Source: Planctomycetales bacterium
GTDB taxonomy: Bacteria > Planctomycetota > Phycisphaerae > SM23-33
DNA: 64,000 nucleotides
Assembly: GCA_030612725.1 (NCBI GenBank)
Contig: JAUWNJ010000001.1
Span: forward strand, 134,648-198,647
Direction of reading: 5' to 3'
A program made the translations under genes and the position numbers. Positions 20,455 through 28,446 of the stretch are shown here, piece by piece. The notes under the pieces are model-generated. The model saw nothing but the letters and a program-made list of their open reading frames with translations. It was not told the DNA's origin and made no database searches. Position 1 is the first letter of the stretch, and every line of letters begins with the position of its first letter.

Positions 20455-20583
20455 AGGAACCAGGCAACAGAATAAAAAGCAAAATCCGCAATCACCTGGC
20501 CCCTCTCGCCGCACCCGACGCCGAGCAGCGCATCGCCCGTAGTTTGGGTGAAAAAAGCGTTCAGCGTTCTTTTTTTATCTTTT

Positions 20584-20611
20584 GCTGACTGCTGACTGCT
20601 GACTGCTGATT
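20584..20611. repeat. (CTGACTG)x4 heptamer microsatellite
   Basis: CTGACTGCTGACTGCTGACTGCTGATTG. Confidence 0.7.
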
Positions 20612-20631
20612 GCTTCAAAAAGGAAAACGAC

Positions 20632-21090
20632 ATGAACGAAGAAAACGCAGCAGGTACATCGGGAACTGACACAAAATTTGTGATTATCGCTGGTTCGCTG
20701 CTTTTGGTGATTATTGCGCTGTTGGCGGGGCTGGCGTTGCGTATGCGAACCCGTGCGATGCGGGCTGAACGCGATGTTGCCGCTCTGCGGAGCCAACTGA
20801 AGTTTGCGACCGGCGCAGGCGTGCGATTCTCAGGCGGCCCGGGTTCCCCCGACGCGATGATCCAGCAGATGGTTGCCAAGGCAATTCGCCGTCATAAAGT
20901 GCAGCCTGAAAATCTCCGGGCAGAGCAGGTTCACCTCAACGGACGGGACGTAAAGGCCCTCCGCCTGCCGGTAGATGTCGCCGAGAGGTTCGGCTTCAGC
21001 CCCGGCGACGTGATAATCGTGGATGAACCTGCGCCGACAACCACAACGGCGCCGAATAAGACAACGCGTCGCCGTACCGGCGACGGCTAA
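20632..21090 (+). CDS. Membrane-anchored protein with a C-terminal AbrB/MazE (SpoVT-AbrB)-like domain
   Basis: TM helix FVIIAGSLLLVIIALLAGLAL; C-terminal VHLNGRDVKALRLPVDVAERFGFSPGDVIIVDE resembles the swapped-hairpin motif. Confidence 0.4.
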   Translation: MNEENAAGTSGTDTKFVIIAGSLLLVIIALLAGLALRMRTRAMRAERDVAALRSQLKFATGAGVRFSGGPGSPDAMIQQMVAKAIRRHKVQPENLRAEQVHLNGRDVKALRLPVDVAERFGFSPGDVIIVDEPAPTTTTAPNKTTRRRTGDG

Positions 21091-21161
21091 ACGGATTTTC
21101 CGATAGTTCGGTTTGCCCGCTGAAGCCTTGGCGAAGGCGGGTATTTCGGTAGAATAACGTC

Positions 21162-22760
21162 ATGGCTAAGAGTTTTGTGCGAATATCGCTGGCGACTAAG
21201 TTTCGCGTTTTGTTCGCCATTTCCGGGATGGCGATTATCGTCTCGGCGATGGCGCTTCCGTGGTACTTCACGGAGCGTCTGACCGAGGCCGCCGCCGAGC
21301 GTTCAGCCTCCGAGATAGCCCGCCTGGCACTGCACGAATGGGAGCAGAATCGCCATGTCGCTCCGTTGGCCCAAAGCGCCGTCGCCAGATACTTCACTGC
21401 CGGGGCGGACGGGCGGCGCGGGCCTGATTTCATCTCGCTCCTGGCTAAGGACAAGGACGCCGGAGCGATGGATGAATCCGTCCGGCGGGCGGTATCGCTC
21501 TTCAACGACGATCAGCATCGCAAAATGGTCCTGATAACCGAGGAAGACGAGGAAGGGCGAAAACTCTATCGCTGCCTCCACGCCGTGCGAGCGAAGGCTT
21601 CATACCTTTCAGGCAACTCCGGACGGAGCGAACCGGACATCCAACTGGGACAGTTAATCGGCGTTATTGACATCACAATTCCCCCGCCGGCTGGGGCGCT
21701 GATCTGGTGGACGCGAGGAATGTTCGTGCTGGGCGCAATCATCGCGGCAATGACGGCCTTAATTACGCTCCGTTTTATCGCCCGCCAGGTTGTCCTGAAA
21801 CCTATTCGCCAACTCGACGACCTGGCAAACAAGGTTGCCGAGGGCGACTTGAGCGTGCGATGCAACCTGGTCGGCGGAGATGAATTCGAAAAACTCTCGC
21901 AGCGATTCAACGAAATGCTCGACGTCATCAGCGTCCAGACCGACCAACTTCGCCAGGCAAACCGGGCGCTGGACCTTCGGCTGAGCGAACTGGCCGAGGC
22001 AAACGTCGCGCTGTATGAAACAGATCGTATCAAAAACGAGTTTCTCGCCAACGTCTCGCACGAGTTGCGGACGCCGCTCAACAGCATTATCGGTTTCGCC
22101 GAACTACTGGGGCAAACCGACGACGAGAAACGTCGGCGACATGCCGGAAACATCCTCACTTCGGCGCGACTGCTGGAGGGAATCGTCAACGACCTGCTAA
22201 CGGCTGCTAAAATCGAATCCGGTACCGGCGAGGTCAGACGGGATAAGGTTTCAATAACCGATCTGGTCGAGACGCTCGGGCAACTTATCCGCCCCATGGC
22301 CGATAAGAACCACCTCCGAATCGCCGCCAAAGCAGCCGAAGGCGTTCCTGTGATAACCACCGACCCCGGAAAGGTTCAGCAGATACTCTATAACCTGCTG
22401 AGCAATGCCATCAAGTTCACACCGCCCGACGGCGACGTTACCATCTCCGCCCGTCGGGTCGCCGCTACCGTCTCGCCTCTCAAGGTCGATTCGGTGGCGA
22501 TGGCGGTGGCCGACACGGGTCCGGGAATCCCCGCTGCCGACCAGAAGCGGATATTTGAAAAATTCTCACGCCTGGATAATACGATGACCCGCGAGCACGG
22601 AGGGGCAGGACTGGGACTGGCAATCTCGAAAACGCTCACGGGTCTGCTGGGCGGAAGACTCACCCTCGACAGCGAACCGGGACACGGAGCCACCTTCACA
22701 CTCATCCTTCCCGTCAACCCGCCCGGTCAACGCGACGAAAATAAAACGCGCGACCAGTGA
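21162..22760 (+). CDS. Sensor histidine kinase (TM, HAMP, HisKA, HATPase_c)
   Basis: H-box FLANVSHELRTPLNSIIGFAELL; N, G1 and G2 boxes (LLSNAIKFT, DTGPGIP, GGAGLGLAI). Confidence 0.85.
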   Translation: MAKSFVRISLATKFRVLFAISGMAIIVSAMALPWYFTERLTEAAAERSASEIARLALHEWEQNRHVAPLAQSAVARYFTAGADGRRGPDFISLLAKDKDAGAMDESVRRAVSLFNDDQHRKMVLITEEDEEGRKLYRCLHAVRAKASYLSGNSGRSEPDIQLGQLIGVIDITIPPPAGALIWWTRGMFVLGAIIAAMTALITLRFIARQVVLKPIRQLDDLANKVAEGDLSVRCNLVGGDEFEKLSQRFNEMLDVISVQTDQLRQANRALDLRLSELAEANVALYETDRIKNEFLANVSHELRTPLNSIIGFAELLGQTDDEKRRRHAGNILTSARLLEGIVNDLLTAAKIESGTGEVRRDKVSITDLVETLGQLIRPMADKNHLRIAAKAAEGVPVITTDPGKVQQILYNLLSNAIKFTPPDGDVTISARRVAATVSPLKVDSVAMAVADTGPGIPAADQKRIFEKFSRLDNTMTREHGGAGLGLAISKTLTGLLGGRLTLDSEPGHGATFTLILPVNPPGQRDENKTRDQ

Positions 22761-22794
22761 AGGTGATTCACGGTCTTCCGGGAATCCGGTTGTA

Positions 22795-23223
22795 TCAATA
22801 CCACACGGTAACGATGACGTTCGGCTCCGGTTTTTTACCCTCCATCGTTCCGATGACCTGGCCGACGTATTTGACCTCAACTTCGTTGCTGTCAAGCCAC
22901 TCGTTTATCGTCTCGGCCATGTGGTCGAGAGCGGATACCGTTAGTTTCGAGTGGAACAGTCGGCAGCGGACGGCTCCGGTGCCCGTAAGGATCGGCGTCC
23001 GTTTATACCGATGCTCCTGATCCGTGGTTCCGGTGTGTGCGCCGAAGGCTTGAATCTTAGTCGATGACCGCCCCGAAATCGGTCCGGAAGCGTCTTCCTC
23101 ATCGGCAAGCGACAGCGGCGCAAGATCGTCGTAATCCAATGGAATGGGGGCTTCTTCCGGAGTGGAAGTTTCTTCCGGGATAGAGGTTTCTTCCGGGGTG
23201 GGGGTTGTTTCGTCTTGAGACAT
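22795..23223 (-). CDS. Hypothetical protein with an acidic PEET-rich N-terminus
   Basis: MSQDETTPTPEETSIPEETSTPEE... and a conserved-looking C-terminal ...INEWLDSNEVEVKYVGQVIGTMEGKKPEPNVIVTVWY. Confidence 0.4.
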   Translation of the reverse strand: MSQDETTPTPEETSIPEETSTPEEAPIPLDYDDLAPLSLADEEDASGPISGRSSTKIQAFGAHTGTTDQEHRYKRTPILTGTGAVRCRLFHSKLTVSALDHMAETINEWLDSNEVEVKYVGQVIGTMEGKKPEPNVIVTVWY

Positions 23224-23328
23224 CGTTCTTCTCCTGAACAGGAAATATAAATATGATGGCAAAAACTCAATTACCAATCCATACATTATACGCTCGCCGG
23301 CGTCGAGAACAAGAAAGTCTCGGTAATT

Positions 23329-25848
23329 TCATCGTCGGGTAATGCGTGCGAGGCACCATTCGCCAAGCATCAGCGCCAGGCCGACCCCGAGCAACCACGG
23401 CCAAAGGTCTGTCATTCGACGAGAATATGACTGCTTCAGCACGTCGCGTAGTTTCTCCGCGGGAACGATTTTCCCGCCGGTCAGATCGGCAAGCCGTCGA
23501 AGAGATTTGCTGTCCGCCCCAATTGATCGGTACTCGCACCGGTACAGTACGCTTGCCTGACCACGCCAGAGAGTAACGCCCTTGTGGTCCCGAACGGCTA
23601 CGCCTGCCGGCAAATCCGCAGGCCAATCGGTCCGGGCGAGATACTTACCGGGAGCCACCTGGTCAAAATTCGCGCCGCGAGTCTCTTCGCCGCCGACGGA
23701 GATAATCTCGGCCAAAAGTTCCAGTTTGTTGACGGGCAAACCTTTGTTCCGTGCAGTCAGTATGATTTCAAGCCGCCCGGCACGTCGCTTAATTGCCGCG
23801 TCAAACCTCGGATCGTTGATTCCGCGAAGAGTCCATTTAATTGAGGCAGAGATCAGTTTCGCTGCCTCGGCGGAACGAGCCCACGCTTCGTTGTCATTTT
23901 TCGAGATGGGCACCGCCAGGCAGACGCACCGGCCCAGTCCGGACCGACATCGCCCGCCGACAGGCTCGCCACCTGTTGTGCGGACGAGTATTTCAGCGTT
24001 TTTTCGAGCGGCAGAGAGGATGTAGGCGTCGATGTCCGGCAGGGCGGTCAGTCCGGTGTCGAACAGTGCAGCCGGAATGGTCAGCGCGGTGCGCTTCCGT
24101 CGCAGAACGTCGCCCCTGCCTCGCCGAACGAGTTTTGCGAAAACTTTCGCCAATCCGGCAAGCCGGTCCCGCTCGACGTAGGGCGCACCCAGCAATTTCG
24201 CCAGCGATTTGATGGGCGCGACAGTATCGCCCGACGACGCCGAAGAATTTTCCCGAATGGCAACCACAGCCAGGCCGGCTTTTGAGCGACGCAAAGCGTC
24301 GGCCCATTCGGAGGGGTCAAACTGCTCGGTTTTCAGGTCGCTGACAATCAGCAGCATCGTTTTTCGACCTGTCGGTGGCGGTTTTGACAGGGCGGCTTCG
24401 ATGGCGGGGGTTACTCTGGTCGAACCGGATGGACGGACTTTTTTCATCGCCTCGCGCAAGGCTGTGAAATCGCCCGGCGAGTTGCCGCTGTCATAAACCA
24501 CTTCGGGGCGATCGGAAAAGGCGATGACCGTCAGCGTATCTCGTGCGGTGAGGTGGTCTTTGAGTGCAATGACGGCTTCGGAGGCGAGGTCGAATTTTAT
24601 CTGCGATGACCCGCCGCCGGTGCGGGCGGTTAGCTGGGTCATCGAACCGGACTTATCCAGCAGCACCACCAGCCGCAGCGGACGACGCTCAAACGGATTT
24701 GCCAGAAGCGGCAGTACCCGGTTGAGCGGGTCTTCCCGATCGGACGGCGTTTCGTGCGGGCCTGTACCGATAAGGGTCAATCCACCCCCCGCGCGGACAT
24801 ACCGGGCCAGTGCCCGCCGCTGCGCCGACGAAAGAGACGAACCCGTCGCGTCGGACACGATAACAGCGGAAAATCGGGCCAGTGCCGAAGCGTCATCCGG
24901 CATGGCATCGTGCGGAATGAATGTAACAGGATAACGAATTTCGCGGAGTATAGACCGGGCATCCTTTCCAATACCAACTGCGGCGATGACCTGGCGGACC
25001 GGAAGGACCAATGTCGAAGCCGAGTCGTTCTCGGTGATAACCACGTCGCCGGTAAGACTTACGGAGTATTGGCCCCATGCGTCGGACGCGACGGCGTCGG
25101 TAACTCGAACGGTGCTCGGCGAATTGCCCGTCAGCGACAGTTTCCGGACTCCGAGCGGATGAGATTGTCCTCGACGGGTGATTGTCAGCGTCCGTTTCAA
25201 CGGGGAATTGGCGGAAACATCGGCCGTTATTTCGACCTGCGTATCGGAGATTCGTCGGGCGGCGAAAGCGACGATTCTTGCATCTGCCGGCGGTGCGTTC
25301 AGCGGAACGATGCGTACCTGAACGCCAAGGTCGGCAACGGCCTGGGCGGCGGCCGAGTAGTCAGTCTCGGTGAATCGCCCGTCGGTTTCGATAATCGCAG
25401 CGGACAGGGCGTTTGGGCCTCGTGATGCGATTAGCCGCAATGCCGGTGCGATAAGCGTGGCGTGGTGGTGCAGGTTTTCAACCTGTGCGGCGTGGGAGAT
25501 ACCGTCGGCGAAACCGAACTGCTCAACCTTCGCGCCGGACGGGAAATCCGATTTCCGAATGCCCCGCCCCTGCCCCCGCACCGATCCGGACACATCGCTC
25601 AGCAACAGGTAAGGTAAATCCGCCTGCTTTCCGATCGGCGCTTTCGGGCGCGCCAGAGCAGTCGCCACCAGCGTCAGCGCGATGCACTGCGCGACTACAG
25701 CCGGGATGGGAATTCGCCGCCCATGCCGCCCGGCAAACCACGCCGACAGTACCGGCATCGCCGCCAGCGGGATCGTAACCAGCCAGACCGGGCAGGTGAA
25801 TAACAACCAACTTTCGCCGATAACGGAACCGACCATCCGGTACTCCAC
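23329..25848 (-). CDS. Large BatA-like membrane protein with a VWA domain
   Basis: N-terminal double-TM segment (WLLFTCPVWLVTIPLAAMPVLSAWF...); VWA MIDAS motif LVVLLDKSGSM; C-terminal TM helix. Confidence 0.65.
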   Translation of the reverse strand: MEYRMVGSVIGESWLLFTCPVWLVTIPLAAMPVLSAWFAGRHGRRIPIPAVVAQCIALTLVATALARPKAPIGKQADLPYLLLSDVSGSVRGQGRGIRKSDFPSGAKVEQFGFADGISHAAQVENLHHHATLIAPALRLIASRGPNALSAAIIETDGRFTETDYSAAAQAVADLGVQVRIVPLNAPPADARIVAFAARRISDTQVEITADVSANSPLKRTLTITRRGQSHPLGVRKLSLTGNSPSTVRVTDAVASDAWGQYSVSLTGDVVITENDSASTLVLPVRQVIAAVGIGKDARSILREIRYPVTFIPHDAMPDDASALARFSAVIVSDATGSSLSSAQRRALARYVRAGGGLTLIGTGPHETPSDREDPLNRVLPLLANPFERRPLRLVVLLDKSGSMTQLTARTGGGSSQIKFDLASEAVIALKDHLTARDTLTVIAFSDRPEVVYDSGNSPGDFTALREAMKKVRPSGSTRVTPAIEAALSKPPPTGRKTMLLIVSDLKTEQFDPSEWADALRRSKAGLAVVAIRENSSASSGDTVAPIKSLAKLLGAPYVERDRLAGLAKVFAKLVRRGRGDVLRRKRTALTIPAALFDTGLTALPDIDAYILSAARKNAEILVRTTGGEPVGGRCRSGLGRCVCLAVPISKNDNEAWARSAEAAKLISASIKWTLRGINDPRFDAAIKRRAGRLEIILTARNKGLPVNKLELLAEIISVGGEETRGANFDQVAPGKYLARTDWPADLPAGVAVRDHKGVTLWRGQASVLYRCEYRSIGADSKSLRRLADLTGGKIVPAEKLRDVLKQSYSRRMTDLWPWLLGVGLALMLGEWCLARITRR

Positions 25849-25863
25849 CGATTAGTAGTAGTA

Positions 25864-25945
25864 TGTAGGCTGGGACGGAGCAAAGCGGAGTCCCACCTTT
25901 TTGCAGCGAGAAAGGTGGGACTCCGCTTTGCTCCGTCCCAGCCTA
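25864..25945. repeat. Perfect 36-bp-arm palindrome (hairpin) between two same-strand genes
   Basis: GTAGGCTGGGACGGAGCAAAGCGGAGTCCCACCTTT-ttgcagcgag-AAAGGTGGGACTCCGCTTTGCTCCGTCCCAGCCTAC. Half-copies occur at 38437-38462 and 9763-9778. Confidence 0.7.
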
Positions 25946-26815
25946 CTATTGACCACCGACTACCATTTTTTTGACTGGCGTTGCGAAGACCTCCGGCACG
26001 ATTATCACGACCGTCTCGAACTGAAGAGCCTTCCTCTGGTGTATCAGGAAATGATATCCCGGACTGCTCCGTCGTCGCGCTTCTGCCGCAGGACCGATAA
26101 GAATAAAATCGCCCCGTGGAACCTTTAATCTGAAATCCATACCGTCGAGGCCGTAATAGATCGGTTCGGAGACAAGGGCGTATTTTCCCGAACGTTTAAT
26201 ATATCCTTTGCGTCGCCGGTTGGAACGGATCGCCGCAGCCGCCGTTATGTGAACAGCCGAGGGGTCGTCGTAGTTTATTGTGGCTGTTGTTACCAGCACG
26301 TTGTCGCCGGCGGGGTAATCTCGCCCGACGAGCGATGCGTCCCGACGGTAGGTGAAAATTGTCTGCGATTTATTAGAAGATTTAAAGACTATGGGCATGG
26401 GCCTTCCGGGGCTGGACAAAACCGAGGTCTGAACCAGTGGTTGTCCCGTAAGACTCTGAAGAATGGCGGTAACGTTTTTCCATGCGCCCTTGCGCCCCAA
26501 CCCGACGCGGACACCGTTGCCGGTCAATGCCGAACCAACATGAGCGCCCGCCGGTTCTTCGTCGAGGTAACTCCACAAGTCCTCCGAGTCGCTCACCGAC
26601 CCCACCGGTACCTGCACGGTTATCAGGTTCGTGCGTATCACCAGGACGAAATCTCGAGGATTTTGCTTGTGTGCATCAGTGAAGGGTTCCAGCGTAACGC
26701 CTTCAAGGGTCGGAGGCTCGCCGCGAGGGAATGGGGACTCTTCCGGGGTTTTGCACCCACCCAAAGCCGACAATACCGCAATAAGCAGCACACAGATTGG
26801 ACGCCATCGTTTCAT
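25946..26815 (-). CDS. Hypothetical lipoprotein
   Basis: Lipobox ALGGCKT; no recognisable domain. Confidence 0.45.
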   Translation of the reverse strand: MKRWRPICVLLIAVLSALGGCKTPEESPFPRGEPPTLEGVTLEPFTDAHKQNPRDFVLVIRTNLITVQVPVGSVSDSEDLWSYLDEEPAGAHVGSALTGNGVRVGLGRKGAWKNVTAILQSLTGQPLVQTSVLSSPGRPMPIVFKSSNKSQTIFTYRRDASLVGRDYPAGDNVLVTTATINYDDPSAVHITAAAAIRSNRRRKGYIKRSGKYALVSEPIYYGLDGMDFRLKVPRGDFILIGPAAEARRRSSPGYHFLIHQRKALQFETVVIIVPEVFATPVKKMVVGGQ

Positions 26816-26904
26816 AGCACTAAAACCTGTGCATGATAGTAGCGTCTAACCCCATCCGATGTCAAAGCCGACGGATAGCTATCCGTCGGCTTCGGTGTCC
26901 TTTA

Positions 26905-27663
26905 TCACAGTGTATCGTTCTGGCCGACAGGTTCCCGGAGATCAGCCTGCATGATGCTGAGGCTTGCTCTACGCCAGCCTCGAATAAACTTCATCTGAAC
27001 GACGATGCTCAGCAGCAGTACAAAGACCGGATATCCTATGAAGCGGTCGTAGTATAGAACCTTCGTTAATATCGTTACGTTCTTTGCGTCCCAGACCATC
27101 CGGCTTGTCCAGTCGATAAGGTCGTCGAGGTTATACAGCGCTCCGCAGGCTAAGGTGCTTCCTGTAACCTGCTGCCAGGGAATCAGGAACACCAACAGCA
27201 GTAATGACCAGAAGAATCCGCCGATGAACCCTGCCGTACCCCCGGTTCGTCCGACGAGCGACAACTGTACCGCCGTCAGCATCGTGAGAACCAACAACAT
27301 TCCCGCCGCCATGGCGATAAATTTCGTCATCGGAAGAGCCCAACGCAGCACCTCATACCATGTCCAGGCATTGTCGTCGGTTTTGGCGTCCGAAGCATCA
27401 GCCGGTGCGGTGGTCGCCTGCTCGTTCCTGGCCTGAGCAACGCCAGATAACTGCGGCGCATCGTCAATTACTCCGACATATCGCACCGATACAAACGCTG
27501 CCGCCTGAACGACGAGCGAAAGCACGATCAACCACCACAGGTAATTCTTGGCCCGACGAACAGTAAAAAGAGCGGCGTGATATTCTTCATTCTCAAGAGG
27601 CGAGCGGACAGGCTCCATAATCGATGACTCCTTCATATATGGTTGCAGAATCCATTCCTGCAT
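26905..27663 (-). CDS. Hypothetical polytopic membrane protein
   Basis: At least four predicted TM helices; no motifs. Confidence 0.4.
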   Translation of the reverse strand: MQEWILQPYMKESSIMEPVRSPLENEEYHAALFTVRRAKNYLWWLIVLSLVVQAAAFVSVRYVGVIDDAPQLSGVAQARNEQATTAPADASDAKTDDNAWTWYEVLRWALPMTKFIAMAAGMLLVLTMLTAVQLSLVGRTGGTAGFIGGFFWSLLLLVFLIPWQQVTGSTLACGALYNLDDLIDWTSRMVWDAKNVTILTKVLYYDRFIGYPVFVLLLSIVVQMKFIRGWRRASLSIMQADLREPVGQNDTL

Positions 27664-27822
27664 TCCTGTATGTTCATCGGTTCAAAAGGCGATTATCCAT
27701 TAGGTCTGCGGTTCGTTTATGTACACAAGCGAGCGAGTGGTAGGCTTGCAACCTTCCGCTCGCCCGTGTTAATTCGGAAAATTCCAATGAGGTTTGGGCC
27801 TCTGTTAAGACGCAGCAGCGCC

Positions 27823-28404
27823 TTACTTCATGGCCTTCGCCATCTCTTCGTACATTTCCTTATGGATTTTCTCGGCGGTGTAACCTTTCTTTCCAATTTT
27901 GCTGGTGGCATCCTTCATAGCCTTAGTCAGGGCTTCGAACATTTTCAGTGTCATGCCCATGTCCTTCATTTGATTTTCGTCGGCCATGTCTTTCGCGTCA
28001 ATCTTCCATTCGCCGTCTTTCTTGACGAGGTTCAACGGTTCTTTTTGACCCTTTTTGGTGGCAGTGGCCTTGTCGCCGTCTATCTTGATTTCCATGTCTT
28101 CAAGCCACTTGTCATCCTTAAAATCGTCCAGGTAGCTTTTAGGGATGGCGTCTTCGCCATATTCCTTTACCATGGCCTCTTTGAATTTCATCTTGGCGTA
28201 CGTCACTTCGCACATGACGCCCAGGAACTTTTCCTGGTCTTCCGTCGCGTCGAAACAGGCGACGAACGCTTCACTGTCGCCGTCTTGCATCGCCTTGACC
28301 ATGTTCTCCAGAGCCTCTTTCGGCGTCGATGCCTTCTTGCTGCAACCAGCCGATAAAGAGAGACTCAAGCAAGCAATAACCGCCAATATCATCTTACATT
28401 TCAT
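27823..28404 (-). CDS. Lysine-rich lipoprotein; the gene is visibly AT-rich relative to its neighbours
   Basis: Lipobox LSAGCSK; K/E/M-rich sequence. GC is clearly below the surrounding ~60% (estimated by eye). Confidence 0.5.
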   Translation of the reverse strand: MKCKMILAVIACLSLSLSAGCSKKASTPKEALENMVKAMQDGDSEAFVACFDATEDQEKFLGVMCEVTYAKMKFKEAMVKEYGEDAIPKSYLDDFKDDKWLEDMEIKIDGDKATATKKGQKEPLNLVKKDGEWKIDAKDMADENQMKDMGMTLKMFEALTKAMKDATSKIGKKGYTAEKIHKEMYEEMAKAMK

Positions 28405-28446
28405 CTTTCTTTCCTTTTCATGGGTCATTAAACGCTTTCATCTAAC

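Noticed and set aside
25864-25945. Intrinsic terminator interpretation of the perfect palindrome
   Set aside because: There is no U-tract on either strand after the stem, and a 36-bp stem is far longer than typical terminators. A REP-like or processing element is favoured.
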